DNA from: Felis catus
Taxonomy: Eukaryota
NCBI RefSeq assembly: GCF_018350175.1
Contig: NC_058368.1
Location: 228,534,001-228,598,000, forward strand
DNA: 64,000 nucleotides
Direction of reading: 5' to 3'
Position 1 is the stretch's first letter. Each line of letters opens with the position of its first letter. The notes under the pieces were generated by a model, which had not been told where the DNA came from, ran no database searches, and was given only the letters and a program-made list of their open reading frames with translations. This document shows, in pieces, positions 38,142 through 50,320 of this stretch. A program made the position numbers and the translations under genes.

Positions 38142-38281
38142 TGGGATTTGGTACAAGGGACAGAAAATATCGCTTCTGTATATAACATCCCTAAGACCAT
38201 AGAGCCAACAGCTGGTGGAGCTAAGCGTTGCATAATGTTTCCAAGGCTTCAGCTCTTTCATGGGCCTATAACCATCATCCA
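38142..38281 (-). other. Candidate exon (unidentified transcript)
   Basis: acceptor 'caatatctctgtcag|', donor CCA|gtaaga; one open frame (DDGYRPMKELKPWKHY...LYQIP); non-repeat sequence. Confidence 0.25.
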
Positions 38282-39732
38282 CTGACAGAGATATTGTTCA
38301 TTAATCAAAAGCTAATTTAAGACTTTAGTTTTTTGTTGATCATTATTCTTTTCATTAGCATAGGTCTCAATACATGGTTGATTCGAAATAAGTAAGTAGA
38401 AAAATTACTATCGTCTATTAAGGTAACTTGCTTCTGACCACATTTAATGTGCATAATTCACATGCATACTTTTTGCCTGTACAAAATATAACTAATATGG
38501 ATCAGGAAAAGTTCAACTCATTTATATCAACAGACATTCAACACCCCCCACACTCAATTAAAACCATAATTGTCATTTGGTAATTACAAGGACTCTATTC
38601 GAAAAAGCATTTGACAAGCAACAAGATGAATGATCCAGAAGTACTATGATAAAGGAGCGCTGGTAGGTGACAAATCCTTCCCTTTCTTTGAGTAACTAAG
38701 GCAAGGGCTCATTTTTCAAATATGACAAGATTGCTTAAATAGCTAGCATTTCTCTCTGGGATATTTGGGATGTCATACCATGAGAAAAGACAATGAAAAG
38801 CCATTTCATATTGTGAGTACTCCCTGCCAAAAGGAAAGGTATTTTTCTTAATTGGGAAGCTGAAGGTATTTGCTCCTTATTAAGGGCCTGAAATAAATAC
38901 AAAGTTAGATCATTTTTTACAAGCAAAAGGAGCTCTAGAAAAGATGTTGTCAGAGAAATCAATTTCAAAGATAATCCTTAAGATTAGAAAACAATACATA
39001 AATCTCTCCTTCTTGGAGCTAGATCACTGCAAAACAAAGAACATTTCAAATGTACAAAGTAAATTATTTAAATATAACATGGTACATTCTTTTTATTTAT
39101 TTTTTAATTCAACAATAGTGCTATCATTTCTCTGTTCGTTTGGATTATCATACATTGAATTTTTCATGACTAAGTCATACATTTACTTCTAAAGTTTGGA
39201 GTTTGTACAACCATTAAATAAAAGCGCAGTTATTTTGTGTACTTTTTATCTTATTGAATGAAGTAAAGAAACTACAAGACACCCATGCTACTGTGACTGT
39301 AATGACTTTTATTTGATAATAAGTCTTTGGAATAGATGATTTTCAAACTCCAAATTAACTGCAGATTCTTATACACTCAAACTTCTGTATACCTGATTCC
39401 TAAAATTAAGAAGAGGGAAGTTGCTCCCAAATTGCATGAAGTTAAACAAAGTAAGAAATTCATTATTAGGGAGATGAAAATTATGATATTTAGTCCAACG
39501 AGCTTAGAGTTACTATGTCTTTTACACATTGACCAATTCTTTAGAATTTTACATTCCCAAACATTTTCCCTTACCTAAAATTATTTTATGGGAAGAATCT
39601 CGTATAAAAAGAAGACGTGAAAAATAGAAAATAAACAAAGCATCCATTCCATGCCCATCCTCCTATCCCATTAACGGCCAAATGAAATGGTGACTATTGA
39701 GTGACGTATATGGAAAGCCACAAGGATTAGTT

Positions 39733-39939
39733 AAAAATTTTTTTTAACATTGTATTTATTTTTGAGAGACAGAGCGAGAGTGGGAGAGGGGCAGAGAGAG
39801 AGGGAGACACAGAATCCGAAGTACACTCCAGGCTCTAAGCTGTCAGCAACAGAACCTGATACGGGGCTCGAATTCACGAACTGTGAGATCATGACCTGAG
39901 TCAAAGTTGGATGCTTAAACTGAGCCACCCAGGGGCCCC
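39733..39939 (-). mobile_element. Can-SINE
   Basis: TSD ccacaaggattagtt (39718-39732) / ccacagcgattagtt (39938-39952). Confidence 0.95.
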
Positions 39940-41106
39940 ACAGCGATTAGTTTAAAGGCCGGTACAGGGAGGTGGGAGGCACAAAGTCATGGGAAGTCCC
40001 AATTTCAAAATCTACCCCATTTCATAGGGACCTAAGATATCCAACAACCATCTAATCATGCATAAGATTTATTTTGGAACAAAAATGTTTAGGGAATGAT
40101 TATTTGGAGGCCTCTGGGGAAGAGAGCATGTACGTATACTTTTAGCGGCTGAGTGTGGCAAGGACAATAATTAAGTTTTTATGAATATGGAGCTAGGTAC
40201 GGAGCACAGCTTAAATCTCAGCATCACCTTAAAGGGAAAAGCAGGTAGGGCTGGGGGTGGAGATGAGAAGTAGGGTGCACAGCTGAGTGTATGTGGGGAC
40301 AGGAGTGGCTGACAGGTTTGCCATTTTGTGACCTCCCCGAGCTTTCCACCAATGACTTGGTTACTCCCAACTGTATTTAAATGGGGAAAGCAAACATTTT
40401 ATTTCAACACATTACATAAAGCTTAAAAAATGCTCAGAAGCCCTTACAACATACTGATTGAAATCAGTATGGGCCTCAGATGACATTTGTTTGTTTTTTC
40501 AAAAGTTGGTTTTGACAGAGATTGAGATCCTTCCTGAGTGTGTGTGGGGCTGGTACCATCCATGGGAAGATCTAATAATATACATAGCAGAGCTGACTTA
40601 TGTGTGACACAATTTCCACCAGCTCCACAGTATTACCTACTTCAGATGATTACCTTCTTCAGTTTATTACCTACCACTATTATCTGTCTGACTCTGCCAT
40701 GGCCAGGACTGATGCATGGGATATATTTGTGAGACTAAAATTCTTTCAGAAAGTTTGCTAAAGAAAAAGAAACATAAGAGGTATCTATTGTTATAAAATA
40801 CTGTCATTATGATTTGAAAGTCAAACCTATCTAGCAGAGGCAGCTAAATGATATTATTTGTTAAATACTGAGAATTCATCAAAAAATGCATTTTTATGAT
40901 TATAGAAATGATGGGGCTGCTCAGCCCCTTACATTAGATACCATCCAGCCATGAACTATTGCATTTAAATTCTAGAACTTGTAGATGGCATTCTGAGATT
41001 TTATGAGTGCCTTGGAATCTTAAATACTCTCTTTTGGAAAAAGCTAGTCTTGAATTACCTACTCTGGCTGGTAGCTAAGGTACTGGGTTTCCCTGCCCCT
41101 CGCCAT

Positions 41107-41198
41107 TGTTTTGTTTTGTTTTGTTTTGTTTTGTTTTGTTTTGTTTTGGTTTTGTTTTGTTTTGTTTAGAGACAGAGACAGAGGGAGAGGGAGGGAGG

Positions 41199-41242
<44 letters not shown>

Positions 41243-41364
41243 CTTAAGCAGGCTCCACACTCAGCATGGAACCTGATGTGGGGCTTGATCTCATGACTAT
41301 GAGATCATGACCTGAGCCGAAATCAAGAGTTGGATGCTTAACCAGTTGAGCCACCGAGGTGCCC
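41107..41364 (-). mobile_element. Can-SINE with (TTTTG)n tail and expanded (GA)n
   Basis: head 'gagccaccgaggtgccc'; tail converted to a pentanucleotide repeat. Confidence 0.93.
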
Positions 41365-41587
41365 TACAGTTATTTTTTGTTGTTGTTTTTCAGGCATTCA
41401 AATGATGAGTCAAAGTATAACTTTCTAAAAGTTAAAAAGTGAACATAACTGTCATAGAAGTAAAAAAAAATGACCATGTGTCCAAAATTATTTTATTAAT
41501 AAATAAAGAAGGTAGCAAGTCTATAAAACTGTTTAAAGAATATGTGAGAAACTGAATATGTACAGGCCTTTAAAAAGGAAGAGGGGT

Positions 41588-43710
41588 CATGTCTAGTAAG
41601 AAATCACTGCAGCTGAGGTCAACGACGTTGCTGCCTGTGTTCTCTAGGATTTTAATGGTTTCCTGTCTCATGTTTAGGTTTTCCATCCATTTTGAATTTA
41701 TTTTTGTGTATGGTGTAAGAAAGTAGTCCAGTTTTCATTCTTCCTCATGTCGCTGTCTAGTTGTCCCAGCACCATTTGCTGAAGAGACAGTTTTTTGTTT
41801 TTGTTTTTTTCCATTGGATACTCTTACCTGCTTTGTTGAAGGTTAGTTGGCCATACATTTGAGGGTTCATTTCCGGGTTGTCTATTCTGTTCCATTGATT
41901 TATGTGTCTGTTTTTTGGGCCGATATGATATCGTCTTGATGATTACAGCTTTGCAATACAGCATGAAGTCCAGAATTGTGATGCCTCAAGCTTTGGTTTT
42001 CTTTTTCAACATTATTTGGCTATTTGGGGTATTTGTGGTTCTATACAAGTTTTAGGATTGTTTGTTCTAGCTCTGTGAAGAATGCTGGTGTTATTTTGGT
42101 AGGGATTGCATTGAATGTGTAGGTTTCTTTGGGTATTATTGACATTTTAACAATATTTTTTCTCCCAGTCCACTAGCATGGAATGTTTTTTTTTTCCATT
42201 TCTTTGTGTCTTCTTCAATTTCTTTTATATGAGCTTTCTATAGTTTTCGTCATACAGATCTTTTACCTCTTTGATTAGGTTTATTCCCAGGTATTTTATG
42301 GGTTTTGGTGCAATTGTAAATGGGATCAATTCATTAATTTCTCTTTCTACTGTTTCATTATTGGTGTATAGAAATGCAACTTATTTATGTACATTGATTT
42401 TATATCCTGTGACCTTGCTGAATTCACATATCAGTTCTAGAAGTTTTTTGGTGGAGTTTTTTAAAAATTTTCTATGTTATGTATCATGTCATCTGTGAAG
42501 AGTGAAAGTTTGACTTCTTCTTTGCTTATTTGTATGCCTTTTATTTCTTTTTATTGTCTGATTTCTGAATCTAGGAGGCAAGGAAAATTTAAAAAATGAA
42601 CTATTGACACCTCATCAAGTTGAAAACTTCTGCACAGCAAAGGAAACAATCAAAAAAGCTAAAAGGCAACTGATGGGATGGAAGAAGATATTTGCAAATG
42701 AAATATTGGATAAAGGGTTAGTATCCAAAATCTATAAGGAAATTATCAAACTCAACACTGAAAACACAAATAATCCAGTGAAGAAATAGGCAGAAGACAT
42801 GAATAGATACTTTTCCAGAGAAGACATCTAGATGGCTAACAGACACATGAAAAGATGCTCAACATCACTCATCATCAGAGAAATACAAATCAAAACCACA
42901 ATGAGATACCACCTCAAATCTGTAAGAATGACTAAAATTAATAACTCAGGAAACAACAAATGTTGGCAAGGATGCAGAGAAAGGAGAACCCTTTTGCACG
43001 CTTGGTGGGAATGCAAACAGGTGCCGTCACTCTGGAAAACAGTATGGAGGGTCCTCAAAAAATTAAAAATAGAGCTACCTTACAACTCGGCAATTGCACT
43101 ACTAGGTATTTATCCAAAGGCTACAAAAAATGCTGATTTGAAGGGGCACATGCAGCCCAAGGTTTATAGCAGTGCGATCAACAACAGCCAAATTATGGAA
43201 AGAGTTCAAATGTCCATCAACTGACAAATGGATAAAGAAGATGTGGTATACACACACACATGCGCGCGCGCGCGCACACACACAATGAAATACTACTTGG
43301 TGATCAAAAAGAATGAAATCTTGCCATTTGCAACAACGTGGATGGAACTAGAGTGTATTATGCTAAGCGAAATAAACCTGTCAGAGAAAAGACAAATATC
43401 ATATGATTTCACGCATATGTGGAATTTAAGAAATACAACAGATGAACATAGGGGGAAGGGATGAAAAAATAAGATACGACTAGAGAGGGAGGAGAGAGAC
43501 TTAAATACAGAAAACAAACTGAGGATTGCTGGAGGGCCGGTGGACAGGGAGATAAGCTAAATGGACGATGGGCATTAAGGAGGGCACTTTTTGGGATGAG
43601 CACTGGGTGTCATATGTAACTGATGAATCCCTAAGCTCTACTCCTGGAACCACTACTACACTGTATGTTAACTAACTCGAATTTAAATAAATAAATTAAA
43701 AAAATAAAAA
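41588..43710 (+). mobile_element. Carnivore L1 insertion with 5' inversion (41588-42576 antisense; 42575-43710 sense, ORF2 C-terminus plus 3' UTR)
   Basis: 17-bp TSD taaaaaggaagaggggt (41571-41587 / 43705-43721); ORF 42832-43224 is the L1 ORF2 cysteine-rich C-terminus ([28 protein letters not shown]...WWEC). Confidence 0.95.
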
Positions 43711-44291
43711 GGAAGAGGGGTGTTAATATAGTATTGTTATTCTATAGGACATTGTAATTCTTATAGTTTATAGGTTAATATTCCATGGGACAGAGAACCA
43801 TTACTTTAGGCATTTTCTGTCCAAAGATAACATTAGCATCTCTACTGACAAAAATCTGTACTTTAATAACTAACTTCAAACATCCAGAACTTTAATCAAT
43901 ATCAGATTGCAAGTCACACAAAGTAACATTCCCTTAGAAATTAAAGTATCCCTGGGCGAATCTTCAAAGACTTCATGACTGCTGCCTTTCCTTTATCTCA
44001 TTTACAAGTTGTGGATACTTGAAAAAATATGTATGTTTTGCCATTAAAGGGAAGTGAAAATAAATGAAAAATATTCAATCAAAATGCTATTGTGCACATT
44101 ACTGCTTTGAAATATTTACTTGCCTGGGATGTGTTAGGGCAGAGAGTATGAGTTCCTTACTGCTGGCCAAATAATCTCCACTTTGCTTAAGGTTCTTGGG
44201 TTAGCCTTGTCTAACACACACTGGGAAATTTCAAACTGACTTATTCATTTAGGGCTTGTACATAATATTAACTTGAATTAGAAATCTATCA

Positions 44292-44510
44292 GGGGCGCCT
44301 CGGTGGCTCAGTGGGTTAAGCGTCCGACTTCGGCTCAGGTCATGATCTCACGGTCTGTGGGTCTGAGCCTCGCGTCGGGCTCTGAGCTGACAGCTCAGAG
44401 CTTGGAGCCTGCATCAGATTCTGTGTCCCCCCTCTCTATTTGTCCCTCCCCCGCTCATGCTCTGTCTTGCTCTGTCTCTCAGGGTAAATAAATGTTAAAA
44501 AAAACTTTAA
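44292..44510 (+). mobile_element. Can-SINE
   Basis: ggggcgcctcggtggctcag head; TSD aaatctatca / aaatccatca. Confidence 0.95.
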
Positions 44511-44814
44511 AAAATCCATCAATCATAGTATTTATGGAGTTGCTGAAAAATAGCTCACATGCAAATCTGTTCTCTTTAATAATAATATGCTTTGATGCAC
44601 TGCTTTTTTCCAAAGACTTTATTGTGTGTCTGCTGACATCAAAGTGGTTAGGGTGACCACAACTGTTATATTAGTGTTTTCATTTAGAGCAAATATCTTT
44701 TTATATACTCAACTGTCAAAAGTTACATTGCATGTTGTTCATCCAGTCGACAGATATTTAATTACTAGTAAGTGGGATACTTGTCATACAGAAGAATTAA
44801 AAATGAGTTTATTC

Positions 44815-45364
44815 ATATGATGAATATCGATTGAGTTCTTACTGCGTGCCAAGCTTTCTTCTAGCAAATGGGTAAAACGTGGTGGGTCAAAGAGAAAAAA
44901 TACCCTTGCCTGTAATTCAAACTTACATTCTATCTAAATGAGGACACTAACAGTAAAATCAGATAGACGTGTAGAGTGAATAGTATGTTCGCGGATAATG
45001 GAGGCGGGGCCAAGTAAAGCAGGCAAAGAGCGCAATAAGCAGGAGAACTCGGTCCTGTTGGACTGCCCACAGCTTTCAAAACCCATCACGACCCTCCCCC
45101 TCTGCCCCACATGCAACCAAACTGACTGGAAGCCAGCTGTTCCCTCCTTTGGCGCCTGTGGTCCTGGAATGCTCCCTGGAGCCTCATTGCTCAACCACTG
45201 CAAGGAAACCTCAAGCCCACCTCTTTTCCCTGCAGGTTCAGCTGCTCTGACTCGCTTAGCGAACTGGCCCTGCGCTCCCTAGACAGAGACAACACGTGAG
45301 AAATAACTCTCTTGTTCCATCCTCTTGGCGTGTGTATGACGTTACCAGTTGACATAGGAACAAG

Positions 45365-45413
<49 letters not shown>

Positions 45414-46140
45414 CGGGGGCGTGAGGGGATCCCAATGCTCTGGCGTGTTACCACACAAGAGGACACAGATTGCTGTTTGGGGAGAGGGGCTGCAGAAGGC
45501 CTCCCTAAAAGGGAGACATTTTAGTGAAAATCTTTCATTTTAGTGGAAGTAGGGATGTGAGTCATGGTGCAAATGCCTGGAGGCAAGGACATTTTGTGAC
45601 TCCAAGAAGCAGCGCAGAAGCCGATGAGGCTAAAGTTGAGATGCTACAGTGGAATTGGGGAGTAGAGATGACTGCAGAGGTGTGGTTGGAGGAACAGACC
45701 AGGTGAGGTCTAACTGGCCCTCAGTAGGATATTTTGACTTTTTCTCTCAGTGAGATGCAAAGATCCTCGAGAAATTTTGAGCCACCTTACAGTTACGTAG
45801 AATAAGAATATTTGAACTTTCAGTGTAAGGGAAGCACCGGTTGCTGTGTTCAGAATAGGAAAGGTTGTGGGCATGTGTGAGGAGGGATCGCGGGGGAGGC
45901 GGGATGTGATAAGGGGGGTGGAACTGACTGGTAGCAGTGGAAGAAGCGAAAGGCCATGAGATTCTCTTTCTGGGGGGAATCAGCAGATTATCCTCAGATA
46001 TGCTGGAGTGTGGAATGTGAATGAGAGATGTCAGGAATGATGACAAGGTCTGTGGCCCACGCCGATGAAGCAATGGATTGAGCATCGCATGTCTTCTAAT
46101 GAAGAAGGGTGGTGAGGTCAAGTGCGATACCAAAAAGTGA
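44815..46140 (-). mobile_element. L2 fragment interrupted by an LTR
   Basis: 'attgagttcttactgcgtgccaag...acttacattcta', resuming as 'gaaggcctccctaaaagggagacatttt...gtaggatattttgactttttctctcagtgagatg...aggaatgatgacaaggtc'. Confidence 0.7.
45000..45458 (+). mobile_element. ERVL solo LTR (LTR41-like) with (TG)n at 45366-45411
   Basis: 3' part 'aaataactctcttgttccatcctcttggcgtgtgtatgacgttaccagttgacat...gttaccacaca' resembles LTR41; GC-richer than the flanking L2. Confidence 0.55.
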
Positions 46141-46297
46141 CGCCTGTTATGTCATAAGGGGTGGTCTTTAGGGGGAGGGATCAATGTGTTCAGGAATGAG
46201 GAGGGATATTGTAATATGTGAAAAAGAAAAGAAGAAAAACAAAACATCTCAGGCTTGATTTGTCAAGATAGAGAAAAGATGGAAAGAGAGGGAGAGT

Positions 46298-46758
46298 GGG
46301 GCACCTGGGTGACTCCATTGGTTAGGCGTCTGACTTCAGCTCATGATCTCCTGGTTTGTATGCTTGAGCCCCACGTCGGGCTCTGTACTAGCAGCTCAGA
46401 GCCTGGAGCCTGCTTCAGATTCTGTGTCTCCCTCTCTCTCTGCCTCTCCCCTGCTCATACTCTCTCTCTTTTTTTTTTTTTTAAATTTTTTTTTCAATGT
46501 TTTTTATTTATTTTTGGGACAGAGAGAGACAGAGCATGAACGGGGGAGGGGCAGAGAGAGAGGGAGACACAGAATCGGAAACAGGCTCCAGGCTCTGAGC
46601 CATCAGCCCAGAGCCCGACGCGGGCTCGAACTCACGGACCGCGAGATCGTGACCTGGTTGAAGTCGGACGCTTAACCGACTGCGCCACCCAGGCGCCCCT
46701 CATACTCTCTCTCTTTCTCAAAATTAATAAACATTAAAAAAATTAAAAAAAAAAAAAA
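46298..46758 (+). mobile_element. Can-SINE (outer), split by a nested antisense SINE
   Basis: TSD aaagagagggaRagt (46283-46297 / 46756-46770). Confidence 0.95.
46472..46699 (-). mobile_element. Young felid Can-SINE (SINEC_Fc) nested in the CT tract of the outer SINE
   Basis: TSD ctcatactctctctcttt (46454-46471 / 46699-46716); near-identical to the copy at 32341-32563. Confidence 0.96.
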
Positions 46759-46981
46759 GAGAGGGAAAGTCCTTCAAATCCAGAGAGGGAGACCCTCCTC
46801 AGTTTCTCATGATAATTCCCTATGGCCTGAATGGCTTTGCTTACTCCGAGTCTCTCATTCTGTCCACTCCTGACCTTAACAGTAGTTTGCACATAATACA
46901 ATGTAACTGGTTCCTTCCCTTCAACTAAGGCCACTAATTACCCATAAGTGAGGAGTACAGGTTTATGATGACCTGTCAATT

Positions 46982-47232
46982 TATATATATATATGTAAGC
47001 ATGTATGTGCATATGTGTATATGTGTATGTGTATGTACATATATTGAAATTATATGTAATTATATATAAATAAATATTATACATGTATGTATATATATTT
47101 TTAAATTATATGTAATTATATATAAATATTATATATGTATATATGTATATGATTATATATAAATATCATATAAACTATATATAAACTAAATACATTATAA
47201 ATATATATAAAGTAATATATGTATATATATAA
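46982..47232. repeat. AT-rich low-complexity / degenerate (AT)n-(TATG)n tract
   Basis: direct reading. Confidence 0.9.
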
Positions 47233-47789
47233 ATTAATTTGTGGATTTAAGAACAGTTTGAATAATTTTTTTTAATAGCTGGATTATTCCCAGTGAAACA
47301 TCAAAAATATACCCACCATAATGTAATACAAAATAAGCCCTAATTCACTTTTAAAAAGTCAGTCATCCTGGCTATGGAATTTTGGAGCTGGAATTTGACT
47401 TTTTATCTGGCTGTGCTGGCATTTCGCGACATAGCTTGAGTTCAGCAGAGAACAAATCAGAGTCCACATGAATTGTCATCATGACCTCTAAGGACTGAAC
47501 TGAAGAGCTATGAATGTAGTTTCTGTTTTTTAAAATCTTCATTTCCAATCTAGTCATTAGACTACAGCAAATGATATTAAATATCAAGAGGCTACAATTC
47601 CCTAGATTATATAGGTGCTTGGGGGAGTTTTAATCATTTCCTGATAAAGACTGCAGATCCCTCTGTTTGTTGGATTTAATTATTCACTGGAACTATTTAG
47701 ATTCTCTCTCTATATAGACAACAAATACGTATACTTGCTGTTGTTGTTAATGTCCACATTGGTTTCTTACCCACTGTCACCTGTTCGTG

Positions 47790-47900
47790 GTGTTCTGGAA
47801 TTAGGTAGTAGTGAAGGTTGCACAACTTCGTAACTATATTAAACATCTACTGAATTGTACAGTAAAAAGGATGAATTTTATATGTAAATTACATTAAAAG
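47790..47900 (+). mobile_element. Old L1 3'-end fragment
   Basis: 'tgttctggaattaggtagtagtgaaggttgcacaac...actgaattgtac...gaattttatatgtaaattac'. Confidence 0.75.
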
Positions 47901-48857
47901 AAAGGCATGATATATATTTTTGAAAACCCTACTTGAACAAACTCTTATATCCTGCTGATAGTCTCTCAAGAAAATGTTCTGGATTGCACGGGGTATGTCT
48001 AAGGCTTTCTCAAATGCTGTGAGCATATGGGAACTACCGGGACAGTGCTGAATGATGACTCTCATCACGTTAAGCATTAATGCTGGCTGCTCACTTTCTT
48101 TTCTAATCTTAGGGTCATAAATAGCTAATAGGTATTCTATATCATCCTAATAGTAGAGTAGTGGTATGATTTACTAGTTTTGATCTCATGGTAGAATAAT
48201 AAGTACTCAACTTAAGGATCTGTCCAAAAAATGATATATGTCCACACCATAATGTCCCCATGAATGTGGTAATGCTATTTTGCCATCGAGTTGAAAACAG
48301 TATAAAGAAGATTTTAGTTATTTAGTTAAGATCACATGACAATTTGATAGTGGAAGATTCATGGATCTTTGTACCTTTATTTTCATGTACGTTGGTGATT
48401 TGTTAACGGCCCATTTTATTAAAAAGAAATCCTGTCAATTACCAGGATATTTCAATGTAGTTCTTGATAGACTATAGTTTACAAACCAGTGGCCTATAGG
48501 CCAGAAGTATATTTGTTTCCATTTGTGTCTTGAGAGGCTATGAACATAGGTAGGCATTATGTAAGTTTCTTAATTCAATCTGGTTAGCACCCATTGTCTA
48601 TAGTCTGCCTATTGCGGTGAGTTTATTAATTCTCTGCCTTTCCACCCGTTTCAGGGCATCAGCTTGAGATCCCTTGGTAATCTTGGAGCCTAGTTAACTC
48701 CTGGGGCTCTATATAGCGCTAACGAAAACAATAGTAACAACCCTTTCCAGAGTTTGCCTGCCTCTTCTTTCTTAAAATAACCGGACCTATTGATTCCTAG
48801 GGCTGATTTAAGTTTTCATAAGAGTAGCTTTGCTCTATTCTAAGTTTGGTAAAATTC

Positions 48858-49030
48858 GGGGGAATTTATGTTGTTTACCAAATATTCTGGTTTCCTCCCC
48901 ACAGGTCCCTCTTCTTGTGGGAAGACTGTATACCATTATTGTCTTGAACTCAAGGGCGGCCATGCGAACTTGCTTTGTCGAAAGGTGTTTAGATAAAAGG
49001 GATGTACGTCACTTTCAGACAGAAACTTCA
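48858..49030 (+). mobile_element. MaLR LTR 5' fragment (MLT1J-like)
   Basis: 'tgtttaccaaatattctggtttcctcc...ggccatgcgaacttgctttg...gtcactttcagacagaa'. Confidence 0.6.
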
Positions 49031-49474
49031 TCATCCTCAATATGATCTGAAGTTTCCCTCTCCTCTCTTATAACCAGAGCTAATTTCCAGGATATTGAGA
49101 ATTTGTCCTTTCAACTTTGAACTTCTCCCTTCTCTCCTACAATCAGGCCCCCAACCTGTTGGATTTCTGCTATTTAAGGGCTATCTCTGAGTTATTTAGC
49201 TGTCAGCTCATTCTCTGCCTCAGCTTCACCTTTGCATTTTCCAAGTAGAAGGGAAAAGATGTAAACAGCCTTTTCAATGAAAAGGGAAAGACATATCTGA
49301 GAGGTAGAAGGTCAACAGTGCCCAATGGTTAACTAAAGTTTTGCTGAAACTTGAACCCCATTTTCACCTCTTCCTGTTAGTTAATGGGAGGTGAGTATCG
49401 TCCCTGAGGCATCTCAAAGTCTGTTCAATCGGCCTTGTGCCTCTGGACCTCTCACTTCTGAAGGTGTATACTAT

Positions 49475-49476
<2 letters not shown>

Positions 49477-49536
<60 letters not shown>
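49477..49536. repeat. (AT)n microsatellite, about 30 units
   Basis: direct reading. Confidence 0.98.
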
Positions 49537-49539
<3 letters not shown>

Positions 49540-49879
49540 TGCCAATCCCAGTGCTACTTCTGCCCTTTGGTTTTCTGCAGGCTCATGTTTTTCACTTTCT
49601 TTCAAGCAGTCATTGTGCCAAGCTTGGAGATATGAGTGAAGGTGATACCACCTCTCCCAAACCATCTGGCTTCTTGCCTTCTCCACATCCAGAGCACAGT
49701 GTCAATCTTTCCCCCTCCTTTTCTTTCCTCACCTCCTTTGGTAGCCCCAGCAGGGAGTTAAACTGTGCTAGTCCAGATACATCCTTTTACCTTTTGTTGT
49801 GTGCTAATTTGATGTTTTTCTTCATTCAGTCTGCTGCTGGAGAGTTCACTTCTCTCCTCAGCAGTACCAACAATCCCAG

Positions 49880-50320
49880 GAGCTAGCTCCAAGGCTGTTG
49901 TCTCTGCATCTGATGCTGGAAACTGAAGTCCAGGAAGGGAAGGCAGTCAGGAAGAGAAGATGGAGGTAAGTAAGATGGGAGAGAGGAAGGATAAGTGGAT
50001 ATCCACAAGCACAAGCTGGGGGCCAGGAGAGAGGACTGAAACCTGCATCAGTTCTTTTTGCCTCTGACCTAGGCGGAATGGGTATCCTGTAGAAGCTAGG
50101 GCTCTTTGTCATGGAGCTAAGCACACACACTTGGTCCGGGAATCAGAGAAGCCAAAGTAGGATCCAGAGGCAGATTAGAGCCGTCGCACAACTGTTGTGC
50201 CTCACACCAGTGATGGGAGTTAGCCAGCCAGAGACAAGATATGCAAGCTAAAAATGACTGCTCCTTCACTTCCACTCTCCAGACTTTGCACAAACATCTA
50301 TCTTGTGAAACTTACAGGAT
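49880..50320 (-). mobile_element. ERVL LTR (LTR33-like)
   Basis: 'gaagggaaggcagtcaggaag...cacaagcacaagctgg...gcctctgacct...ctttgtcatggagctaa...aaaatgactgctccttcacttcc'. Confidence 0.55.

Noticed and set aside
42604..43464. ORFs resembling a retroelement protein C-terminus
   Set aside because: Fragmented L1 ORF2 with stops and frameshifts; not an intact or domesticated gene
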